NCBI GenBank assembly: GCA_964552695.1
Contig: CAZKHP010000001.1
Span: 1,897-40,304, forward strand
Length of the DNA stretch: 38,408 nucleotides
Direction of reading: 5' to 3'
Source of the DNA: an uncultured Staphylococcaceae bacterium
GTDB taxonomy: Bacteria; Bacillota_I; Bacilli_A; RFN20; CAG-826
Shown here: one piece after another, positions 22,865-30,964 of the stretch
How the letters are laid out: each line of letters opens with the position of its first letter
Position numbering within the stretch: position 1 is the stretch's first letter
Notes under the pieces: model-generated
The model's database searches: none
What the model was told of the DNA's origin: nothing
The model's input: only the letters and a program-made list of their open reading frames with translations
Made by a program: the position numbers and the translations under genes

Positions 22865-23947
22865 TTAGACTCCGGCTTTGGAGGTTTCTTTAGAAACCTT
22901 TTTGGGTCGGAAGATGAATGTTTTTTGGATGAAGTAGCTGCCGAGGAATAACAGGAAGTCGATGACTGCTTTGATCAGTGTGAGGTGCGCCGGCAACATC
23001 GCAAACAGCTTGACCAAAATCCAACTGAGAAGCATTTGGGTCACAAACAAAATACCATATTCCAAAGCCTTACGGGCACTTTCACCCTTGGACTTAAAGG
23101 TCCAGGTCTTGTTGAGAATGAAATTAAAGATGCCTGATAAGACGCGGGCGCTGACCGTGGAATAAAAGATACCTGAGGCCGAATCATCCCAAAAGGCCCA
23201 TTGGAAGAGGGTAAATAAACCCAAGTCCAAAGCCGCGCTAAGAAGCGAGACCACCGCCATTTTCAAAAACCCCGAAAGAAGCGGGAAATAGATGCGGGCG
23301 GAATCTCTCCAAGCATGGAAATGGGAACCTTTGTTTTGGTCTTTATAGACCGTTTGAATGGCCACCGGGACAAACGGAACATCGGCTTTTGCCATGTCCG
23401 AAAGCATGTTCATTTCGTATTCGTAACGATCGCCGGGAATTTTCTCAGCAATGGTAAGTAATGAAAGCGGAATACCGCGAAGACCGGTTTGGGTATCCAA
23501 GACTTTGCGGTGACTGGTCAAAGCGAACACAAACGTGGTGATGCGGTTGCCCCATCGGCTTTTGAAAGGAACGTTTTTGTTTCTTAACGAACGGGTGCCC
23601 AAAACGAGTGAATTCGGATGACTTTCCATCGCATTGCCTACGGCAAGGATATCGTCAGGGATATGTTGACCGTCGCCATCGGCGGTAACCACACCCGATA
23701 AATCCGGGAAGGCACTCAAAGCATAGGCGATTCCTGTTTTTAAGGCCGCGCCTTTGCCGCGATTATGGTCATGGGCGATGTACGCTGCACCCGCTTTTTG
23801 AGCGTCAGCAAAAAAACAGGCCGTTTCCACCTTCGAGCCGTCATTGACCACCAAAATCGGCATGGTGGTTTTTTGACGTAACGAAACAATCAGCTCAACG
23901 AGAGCTTGATCCGGATTATACGAAGGGATGAGAATGACAAAGGGCAT
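22865..23947 (-). CDS. bifunctional family-2 glycosyltransferase / GtrA-like flippase-domain protein
   Basis: N-terminal GT2 domain (ILIPSYNP...VVNDGS...TADGDGQH). C-terminal 4-TM GtrA-like domain (FNFILNKTWTFKS). Confidence 0.8.
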   Translation of the reverse strand: MPFVILIPSYNPDQALVELIVSLRQKTTMPILVVNDGSKVETACFFADAQKAGAAYIAHDHNRGKGAALKTGIAYALSAFPDLSGVVTADGDGQHIPDDILAVGNAMESHPNSLVLGTRSLRNKNVPFKSRWGNRITTFVFALTSHRKVLDTQTGLRGIPLSLLTIAEKIPGDRYEYEMNMLSDMAKADVPFVPVAIQTVYKDQNKGSHFHAWRDSARIYFPLLSGFLKMAVVSLLSAALDLGLFTLFQWAFWDDSASGIFYSTVSARVLSGIFNFILNKTWTFKSKGESARKALEYGILFVTQMLLSWILVKLFAMLPAHLTLIKAVIDFLLFLGSYFIQKTFIFRPKKVSKETSKAGV

Positions 23948-24090
23948 GTATGGACCTCTCTACTTTATCAACGAAGTAAGGCGTCTTATTCTTTGCTAAA
24001 CTCATACAATTGTCAATCCTTGGCACCTTTGAGGTGCCTTTTGCTTTATGCTAAAGAAGAAGATGTACAATGGAAACGGAAGGTGTCTTT

Positions 24091-24888
24091 ATGCAATATG
24101 CGTTAATCACCGGTGCCAACTCCGGACTCGGAAAAGCCGTTGCCGAAACCTTGCTCAAAGACGGTTTCTATGTTTTTGTCGCGGATATCCGCCACACCAT
24201 TCCCTTCCCTCGTCCCAATTTTATTCCCATCACGATGGATGTTTCTTCCTCTGAGTCGGTCACACGGGCTTTCGTGCTCATTCAAGCCAAAACCAAAACG
24301 CTGGATCTGGTCGCCAACTTTGCCGGGATCGTGACTCTTGGATCACTGATCGAAAAAGATCCCGAAGAAATGGCCCGCATCATGAACATCGGCCTCATCG
24401 GAACGATGCGCGTGAACCGAGAAGCATTTCCGTTGGTGGAAAGAGCCCACGGCCGTTTCATCAACGTTTCGAGCGAATATGGTCTTCTTCCGGCGGTTCC
24501 GTTTCATAGTTTCTACACCGCGACCAAACACGCCGTCGAAGTCTATAGCGATGGCCTCCGAAAAGAACTTTTGCCGTTTGATGTCCGCGTTGTGTTAATC
24601 CGACCGGGAGCTTTTAAAACCGAAATGCAACAAGGTGTCCAAGCCCAATTCGATGGCCTGGTCAAAAACAGCCATCACTATGCCGAGGCGCTCAAAAAAA
24701 TGGAACGTATGATGGTGGATGAATTAAAGCGCGCCAAAGACCCGATGTTGGTGGCCCATCTCGTCATGAAAATCATGAAAGCCAAACATCCTCATCGCGC
24801 TTACAACATCAACCACAGTTTTAAAATGAAGTTGATCCGTTGTCTCCCTTTGTGGCTGCAAGACCGCGTCTTCTCGATTTTTTACTAA
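24091..24888 (+). CDS. short-chain dehydrogenase/reductase (classical SDR)
   Basis: ALITGANSGLGKA (TGxxxGxG), NFAG and YTATKHAVE (YxxxK). The ATG at 24091 has GGAAGG upstream. The track start at 24070 adds 7 non-conserved residues. Confidence 0.85.
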   Translation: MQYALITGANSGLGKAVAETLLKDGFYVFVADIRHTIPFPRPNFIPITMDVSSSESVTRAFVLIQAKTKTLDLVANFAGIVTLGSLIEKDPEEMARIMNIGLIGTMRVNREAFPLVERAHGRFINVSSEYGLLPAVPFHSFYTATKHAVEVYSDGLRKELLPFDVRVVLIRPGAFKTEMQQGVQAQFDGLVKNSHHYAEALKKMERMMVDELKRAKDPMLVAHLVMKIMKAKHPHRAYNINHSFKMKLIRCLPLWLQDRVFSIFY

Positions 24889-24947
24889 AAGTAAAAGAGG
24901 TCTGAGAATCATTCTCTGAAAGGAACATTCCGGCCTCTTTTTTGTTG

Positions 24948-26177
24948 CTAGAAATAACGGGTAAAGATTTTTTGGTCTTCGAGCAATTCTTCCACCGAAT
25001 GGATGCCTAGACGGGCCAGCATTTCGATGACATAAGGATTGTCCAAGGGCGTTTCATAAGGCGATTTTTTCGCGTATTCGATGACTTTTTGCTTGGCGAC
25101 TTCGCGGTCGATCAAGGCTCTGGGTCCACCGACGCAGCCGCCTTTGCAACCCATGCCTTCGAGGAAGTTGGCATTGATTTGCCCTTTTTCCAAATCTTCG
25201 ATGAGTTTCCGGCATTCGAGCACGCCATCGGCTTGAATGGCGCGGACTTGAATGGCTTTATCGGGACGGAGCCGTTTGAGGGTCATCTGCACTGCTTCGC
25301 TGACGCCTTTATTGACCGCGTAGATGCGACCTGCGGCGGATGAGTGCTCGCGGACGTCGGTCTTAAGGAAATCCGGATTGATTTTAGCGGTTTCCATGAT
25401 GTCTTTGACTTCACGGAATGTTAACACGACGTCAATCGCGTCTTTGATATCTTCTTCTTTGGCTTCGACTTTTTTGGCCAAGCACGGTCCCACGAACACG
25501 GTAAACGCATTGGGCACCAAGTGTTTGATGGTTCTTCCCGTGGCCACCATCGGAGAAACCGACTTCGGCACGTGAACGAGCAATTCCGGGTGGGCTTTGC
25601 GAATCATCGAAATCCACGTCGGGCAGCAGCACGAGGTCAACATATAGTCGTTTTCGTGAACGATCATGCGGTCGAATTCAAGGGCTTCTTTCAAGGTCAG
25701 GATATCGGCGAACAAAGAGACTTCCACCATGCCTTGGAAACCAAGTTGTTTGAAGGCAGAACGAAGTTGCGCATCGGTAACAAGATCGAATTGGCTTAAA
25801 AATGCCGGGGCGATGCACGCATACACGGGACGGTCGCCTTGACGGATTGCGGCAAGGACCGCCATCACGTCTTTGGACGCCAAAAGTTTATTCATATTGT
25901 CCGCACCCAAACATTCTTCGCATTTTTCTTTGGGCAAATGGGGGACAAGTTTTCCATTTTCGTCTTGGGTTAAATGGTTGAAAAAGCAATCCGCGAAGCT
26001 TTTTCCGCTTTCACGGCAGAAATGATTAAAGGTCTTCCACCGTTCGGGTTTGGACTCGGGATTGAAAACGCAATCCAGGTGATAAGGGTCGTAACCAAGG
26101 GCATCCAAAACGCTATCGGGCTTCTTCGAAGTCGAAGCCTCCATCACGCGTTTATACAGTTCATCGAAGGTCAGCAT
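24948..26177 (-). CDS. [FeFe]-hydrogenase H-domain (large subunit C-terminal domain) protein with no ferredoxin-like F-cluster domain
   Basis: CIAPAF, TSCCCPTW (aa 181-188, complement of 25614-25637), SVSPM, VGPCLAKKVEAKE and EGMGCKGGCVGGP. These correspond to H-cluster motifs L1, L2 and L3. GGGAGG RBS. Confidence 0.75.
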   Translation of the reverse strand: MLTFDELYKRVMEASTSKKPDSVLDALGYDPYHLDCVFNPESKPERWKTFNHFCRESGKSFADCFFNHLTQDENGKLVPHLPKEKCEECLGADNMNKLLASKDVMAVLAAIRQGDRPVYACIAPAFLSQFDLVTDAQLRSAFKQLGFQGMVEVSLFADILTLKEALEFDRMIVHENDYMLTSCCCPTWISMIRKAHPELLVHVPKSVSPMVATGRTIKHLVPNAFTVFVGPCLAKKVEAKEEDIKDAIDVVLTFREVKDIMETAKINPDFLKTDVREHSSAAGRIYAVNKGVSEAVQMTLKRLRPDKAIQVRAIQADGVLECRKLIEDLEKGQINANFLEGMGCKGGCVGGPRALIDREVAKQKVIEYAKKSPYETPLDNPYVIEMLARLGIHSVEELLEDQKIFTRYF

Positions 26178-26329
26178 AAGGAAATCCTCCCGTATTCATT
26201 ATCGTCTTTTTTAAAAAAGAGGTCTATTTCGGCGATGGTTTTCCATCACACGACGGTTATTATAACGCGACCCGCCATGAATGTCTTTCAAAATCATAAA
26301 AACATCATTTCAAAGAAATGACAGAGGAC

Positions 26330-26355
26330 AAAAAAAGGCGGGAAATCCGCCTTTA
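26330..26355 (-). terminator. intrinsic terminator ending the crt-like transcription unit
   Basis: Minus strand: AAAGGCGG-AUUUC-CCGCCUUU followed by UUUUGU. Overlaps the stop codon of the 26353-26895 gene. Confidence 0.7.
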
Positions 26356-26895
26356 GGGTTTCGGAGTCCACTCCTTTATGGAATTACTCATCTCTTCGTC
26401 GGACAAATAGCCGTGTTCATGAAGACGATGGAACATAGCTAATTTGACTTCAGGGCTTTCCGAGGACTTTTCGATTTTTTCGGCTTCCAAACGTTTCTTA
26501 TAGAACGCTCGAAACCCATAAAGTTGTAAGAGATACCCTGCCGCCAAAACGATATACCCAAGCCATACCGTCCCCAAAGGATTGGAATAAGAAAACAAGA
26601 CGATTTGGCCGAAAGCACAGATACCGATTGCAATTCCGTCCACTTCAGTGACAAACCCTCTTTTTCGAAAAAAACGCGGCATCGGATAACAAGAATACAC
26701 GAGCGAAAAAATCATTAAGACGATCAAAGATGCCGAAAACACCATGAGGCCGTTGATGATTTTTCCAAGTTGTTCTTCCAAAGGAAGCGAAAGGTTGGCC
26801 ATCAAGATAAATGTTTGGAAAAAAAGTGCCACAAAATATAAAAGCATCAACGATTGTCCGATCACAATCAGAATCCGAAACGTGTTTTTCTTCAT
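26353..26895 (-). CDS. hypothetical 4-TM membrane protein with a weak SHOCT-like C-terminus
   Basis: 180 aa. C-terminus KLAMFHRLHEHGYLSDEEMSNSIKEW. AAAGGGA RBS. Confidence 0.55.
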   Translation of the reverse strand: MKKNTFRILIVIGQSLMLLYFVALFFQTFILMANLSLPLEEQLGKIINGLMVFSASLIVLMIFSLVYSCYPMPRFFRKRGFVTEVDGIAIGICAFGQIVLFSYSNPLGTVWLGYIVLAAGYLLQLYGFRAFYKKRLEAEKIEKSSESPEVKLAMFHRLHEHGYLSDEEMSNSIKEWTPKP

Positions 26896-26978
26896 GGTTT
26901 TTCCCTTTATTTGAACTCATTCTATGTTTTTCCAAAGGAAAAAGCAAACAGTGAAAAGAAAGTAATAAAAACGAAAGA

Positions 26979-28604
26979 TTATTTGGCCTTTTTGTCTTCT
27001 TTTTTGAGATTCTTATGAGCGCCCTGCGCAGCAAGTTTCCCCGTTAACACCGAAACCGGAAGCCCGGAAGGGGAAAAACTCCATTGGCCGGCTTGAAAAA
27101 GATGAGGAAAAATCGTCTCCACCGAATGGAGGATTTTCGGAAAGCGATGTTCGACCGGAATCATTGGGCCGAATGCCCATCCGGTAATGGCACCGTCGCT
27201 ACTTCCCACCACACGCGCAATCGTCATTGGGGTAGAGGAAAACTTGGAAGTGACTTCAATATCTTTGAAAAGCGTTTGCTGCATAATCTCGGCAATGCTT
27301 TTTTCTGCGAAGAGTTTGAATTCTTCATACCACCCGACTTCTTGTAAAGCACGGGTCAACCGGTAATCAAAAAGCGTGCTGACGATCAAACCCATCTGAC
27401 CTTCGGGGGCCAGACTTGCATCGCGCATCGCCGGAAGTGAAATTTCGAAGGTCGTTAATTTGAAAAACTGTTTGATCCAGGCAAAGACCGTTTCTTTATC
27501 GTTATGTTTAAACATGCCCTTCTCGTCCAAAATTGAGTTCAAATCCATCGTTCTTAAACCGACTTCTTGGGGCGTAAAGAAACAGTGCGCTCCGGTGATG
27601 TCTTTAAACGATTCTGCCCCATGCGGAGACGTCATATACACCGTGAGAATGGAATCTCCGCCGCGATGGGCCATAATCGCCGGTTTGAGTTTTAAGAATT
27701 TCTTTTGTTGGGCTTTGTCTTTGAGCACCACCGTACCTAAAGCGTTATAAAGACGTTTGAGGTCGGCCGCCCAAACGAGTTCGCGATAACCAAAAGTCTC
27801 GCCATTACGGGTGGTGACTTCGCGGTCGGTCATATTGATCTTGACGACTTCGCTTTCCAAACGGATTTCCCCGCCATGTTCGCTGATATACCGCGACAGT
27901 TTTTGAGGAATGACGCCGGTTCCGCCCAAAGGATAATGGTAATCCTTGTAGAGATGGAAATAACTTAAGGCAAAAAACGCCGGGGTATCTTTGAAGAAGT
28001 GTTGCGTCATCACATCGATTAACGCTTGGTTTTTGGTAAACCGGGCCAAATGTTGGTTAATCGGAAGTTTCATCTTCATCGCTTTTTTGATGCTCTTTTG
28101 ATAACGGAATAGCCAAGGCAAAACGGTTTTTTGAAAATAGGTTTTGTTTGTTTTATAGTCCAAGAAAATCGGATTATCGATCCCGTAGATAACATCCATA
28201 TAACGGATGGCGCGGTCCATATCTTTAAGAATTTTATCAATGGCTTGGACATCTTTAGGAAAATGCCGTTTCAACAGATCGCCATATTTGACAAGATCGT
28301 TATGGCCATCCAAAGGGATGAAATCATCGCCGACGCCCAAAAGCACCGGGCTTTGGACAAAGTCGATCGTGATTCCAAGTTCTTTAAGCATCGGAAAAAC
28401 AATGCCTGAATTTTCAATCGCCCGTATGCCTCCGTCAAAGGTAAAACCTTCATAACGGAAGGAATTGACGAGACCTCCGAGGGAGTGGCCTTGTTCAAGC
28501 AAGAGGACTTTGCGTCCGTATTGCGAAGCGTAAGCGGCGCTGGTTAATCCGGCGATACCGCCTCCGACCACCAGGATGTCATAACTACGCGTGGGTCGTG
28601 CCAT
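26979..28604 (-). CDS. CrtI/phytoene-desaturase-family FAD-dependent oxidoreductase (541 aa)
   Basis: N-terminal dinucleotide fold YDILVVGGGIAGLTSAAY...LLLEQGHSLGG. Also ASLAPEG and a C-terminal FQAGQWSFSPSGLPVSVLTG family motif. GAAGGAGG RBS. The start overlaps the upstream gene by 20 nt. Confidence 0.75.
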   Translation of the reverse strand: MARPTRSYDILVVGGGIAGLTSAAYASQYGRKVLLLEQGHSLGGLVNSFRYEGFTFDGGIRAIENSGIVFPMLKELGITIDFVQSPVLLGVGDDFIPLDGHNDLVKYGDLLKRHFPKDVQAIDKILKDMDRAIRYMDVIYGIDNPIFLDYKTNKTYFQKTVLPWLFRYQKSIKKAMKMKLPINQHLARFTKNQALIDVMTQHFFKDTPAFFALSYFHLYKDYHYPLGGTGVIPQKLSRYISEHGGEIRLESEVVKINMTDREVTTRNGETFGYRELVWAADLKRLYNALGTVVLKDKAQQKKFLKLKPAIMAHRGGDSILTVYMTSPHGAESFKDITGAHCFFTPQEVGLRTMDLNSILDEKGMFKHNDKETVFAWIKQFFKLTTFEISLPAMRDASLAPEGQMGLIVSTLFDYRLTRALQEVGWYEEFKLFAEKSIAEIMQQTLFKDIEVTSKFSSTPMTIARVVGSSDGAITGWAFGPMIPVEHRFPKILHSVETIFPHLFQAGQWSFSPSGLPVSVLTGKLAAQGAHKNLKKEDKKAK

Positions 28605-30456
28605 GATCGTCCTCCTTCAAAAAGGACAAGATATCGGTGATGGCCACCGGTGTCCCGTTTTCGATTTTTTCGATGCACCGTTTTTCGAAATCTTCGCCCA
28701 CCACATCGTTGTTTTGGGCCAAATACTCTTTCAAACACTGCTTGGCACCGACAAAATTGCCTACGGCAACGCGGCGGTTGATGCCTCGGATATCAAGACG
28801 CGTCATCGCCATACAGGTCGGATGTTCGCAGTCTCGGCATCTCCGGGCTTTCAGCATGATTTTCTTTTCAAGAGAAGAAGCATCGCTATAAAGATCTTTC
28901 ATTAAGAAAGGCGGTGCGACGATGCGGACATAGTTCTTTCTGTCGGCTTGATAGACAAACGGCTCCATGCCGCGGTCTTTCAAAATCGCATTGGCCGCGG
29001 AAATGCCGCTGACGGTCACCGTTGGTGTTCCCGTTCCCATAACCGTCGATTCTCCCGCACAGTACAAATGGGCAATATCGGTTCGGATATGTTGCCGTTT
29101 CAACATATGTTGGCCAATCATTTGTTTAGGTCCGGCCACCGCTCCCCCGTTTTTATGCAAATAACGTTCAATAGTCACGGGTGTGGCGAGTTCGGCAAAC
29201 TTGACGTGACTTTTAAATCCCGGAAAGCGTTTTTCAAGAACGCCCAATAAGCGTTCCTTTTCGGCTTCTTTTTGCTCCAGATAGACTTTTTTATCCGTGG
29301 TATTCCACTTCACGAAACTTGGACCGATGGCGGTCACGGTATGGTATCCGGGGGCGCAGAGTGTCTTATCATCGATGGATAAAATATAGGCGGTGACTTC
29401 GCTGTCATCGATACGGTCGGGTGAACCCACCAACATTTCGATCGGTAAGGTGTCTTCGGGAATGACTTTTTTGTCCACGAGGGTGTAAAGCACACCGCTG
29501 GGATAGGTCGGCACGAGTCGATTGACCCACGCCAGTTTTTTCTTCTTGACCGCTTCTTTGGGCAGTAAGCGTTGATACAAATTCCAAACGGTTCCGGTAA
29601 AAATCACATCGTCGGCTTCAATTAGTTTTCCTTGATCCAAATAGACGCCTTTGGCGACCCCGTCTTTAACCACGATCTGAGAAACCGTGGCGCCATAGAA
29701 AAAGGTGCCTCCGTGTTCTTCGATGCTTTTTTCCATTTTTCCGGGAAGCATCTGTGTCGATCCGGCAGGATAATACGAGCCGCCGAAGTGATTATCGACG
29801 AACATCACCGCCGCCAAAACTGCCGGTGTTTCTTTCGTCGTCGTGTAGCAATAGGTTGAGGTCAATTTATCGAAGAATTGGAAAATGGCGGGATCTTTAA
29901 AATACCGTTTCAAGAGTTTTTCGGCGCTGATATTGAGTAAGCCCACAAAGCGAATAAAGGAAAGCGGGTGTTTTATCATTCCTTTGGCGGAGTTTTTCTT
30001 ATCCAGTTCATCCGTGGACGAATAGGTAGGATTATCCATCATGATGTGACGGTACATCGTCCCCATCTCGCCATAGAACTTTTTCAAAGCTTTCTTTTCA
30101 GACGGGAAGATTTCTCCCAATTGTTCGACAAACCGGTCCATGTCGGGATAGAAAATGATGCGTTTTCCGTTGAAATTGACCGCGTAGAGCTCTTGATGGC
30201 GGATCATCGTGATTTCTTCTTCAAGACAATTGAATAAGAACCGGTGGGCGTTAAAACCGCGTTCTCCGAAACCATAAAGCATGGCGGAACCGATATCAAA
30301 CTTGGTGCCTTCACGCACAAACGTCCCGCACGAACCGCCGGGATGGTAATTGCTTTCAACGACTGCGACTTTCAAACCTCTTTTGGCGAGTAAGGAGGCG
30401 CTCGCTAATCCGGATAAGCCGGCGCCGATCACAAGGACGTCGTAATGCATCATCAT
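28585..30456 (-). CDS. CrtI/phytoene-desaturase-family FAD-dependent oxidoreductase with a ~114 aa Cys-containing C-terminal extension (623 aa)
   Basis: YDVLVIGAGLSGLASASLLAKRGLKVAVVESNYHPGG and the C-terminal family motif YCAGESTVMGTGTPTVTVSG. An extra tail follows, containing RCRDCEHPTC. There are three consecutive ATGs; GGAGG spacing favours the second or third (30453 or 30450). Confidence 0.75.
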   Translation of the reverse strand: MMMHYDVLVIGAGLSGLASASLLAKRGLKVAVVESNYHPGGSCGTFVREGTKFDIGSAMLYGFGERGFNAHRFLFNCLEEEITMIRHQELYAVNFNGKRIIFYPDMDRFVEQLGEIFPSEKKALKKFYGEMGTMYRHIMMDNPTYSSTDELDKKNSAKGMIKHPLSFIRFVGLLNISAEKLLKRYFKDPAIFQFFDKLTSTYCYTTTKETPAVLAAVMFVDNHFGGSYYPAGSTQMLPGKMEKSIEEHGGTFFYGATVSQIVVKDGVAKGVYLDQGKLIEADDVIFTGTVWNLYQRLLPKEAVKKKKLAWVNRLVPTYPSGVLYTLVDKKVIPEDTLPIEMLVGSPDRIDDSEVTAYILSIDDKTLCAPGYHTVTAIGPSFVKWNTTDKKVYLEQKEAEKERLLGVLEKRFPGFKSHVKFAELATPVTIERYLHKNGGAVAGPKQMIGQHMLKRQHIRTDIAHLYCAGESTVMGTGTPTVTVSGISAANAILKDRGMEPFVYQADRKNYVRIVAPPFLMKDLYSDASSLEKKIMLKARRCRDCEHPTCMAMTRLDIRGINRRVAVGNFVGAKQCLKEYLAQNNDVVGEDFEKRCIEKIENGTPVAITDILSFLKEDDHGTTHA

Positions 30457-30486
30457 TTCCTCCGCAATTTAGTTTTTATCGAATGA

Positions 30487-30963
30487 CTAATCCCGTTTCT
30501 GAATGCTGGCTAATAAACGCAGGACCCGTGGCCGGTTATAGCGTTGGGCCATCCAGCACGGAAGGTTGACCAACAGCGCATACACGAACAGAATGGGCCA
30601 CGTATACCAAGGGGTGAATAGTATGAAACAAATGAAGGGAATGAAGCCAAGGATATGAGACAGTTCGGCCCGCTTGGATTCAATGATGAACTTTTCAAGT
30701 CCCGCGGGGCTGAAATCCTGAAGATGTTTCTTCTTATATGTTCCTCCGTCGGGAAGGTACTTTTTCCATCTTGAGATGCGGAAGACACGGTCGTAGAAGG
30801 TGCCGTTTTCCTCAAATTTCCGTAAACGGAACATACGGTGATCTTTCGCATACCAAGCATCCGGAACAGCCAAGGCAATCAATGCACCGGAAAGTTGAAA
30901 AACCAAGCACCCGAGGGTGATGGCAATCAAAAGATAGAATCCTTCCAAGTTCACTAAGGGCAT
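30487..30963 (-). CDS. crtO: glycosyl-4,4'-diaponeurosporenoate acyltransferase-like membrane protein (CrtO-like)
   Basis: IIESKRAELSHILGFIPF and AQRYNRPRVLRLLASIQKR closely parallel the IIETKRAELIHW and VQRYNRPRLTQLLRILKRR blocks that I recall from S. aureus CrtO. The size is similar (158 aa). Start is ATG at 30961-30963, 1 nt after the GT2 stop. The track extension to 31038 lies inside the GT2 gene. Confidence 0.75.
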   Translation of the reverse strand: MPLVNLEGFYLLIAITLGCLVFQLSGALIALAVPDAWYAKDHRMFRLRKFEENGTFYDRVFRISRWKKYLPDGGTYKKKHLQDFSPAGLEKFIIESKRAELSHILGFIPFICFILFTPWYTWPILFVYALLVNLPCWMAQRYNRPRVLRLLASIQKRD

Positions 30964-30964
30964 A

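Noticed and set aside
24022-24047. A terminator-like hairpin, GGCACC-TTTGA-GGTGCC followed by TTTTGCTTT, on the plus strand in the divergent region between the GT2-GtrA and SDR genes.
   Set aside because: No plus-strand gene lies upstream for it to terminate. The stem is only 6 bp, and its T-run coincides with a possible -35 (TTGCTT) of the SDR promoter. I cannot distinguish an attenuator, an insulator or chance.
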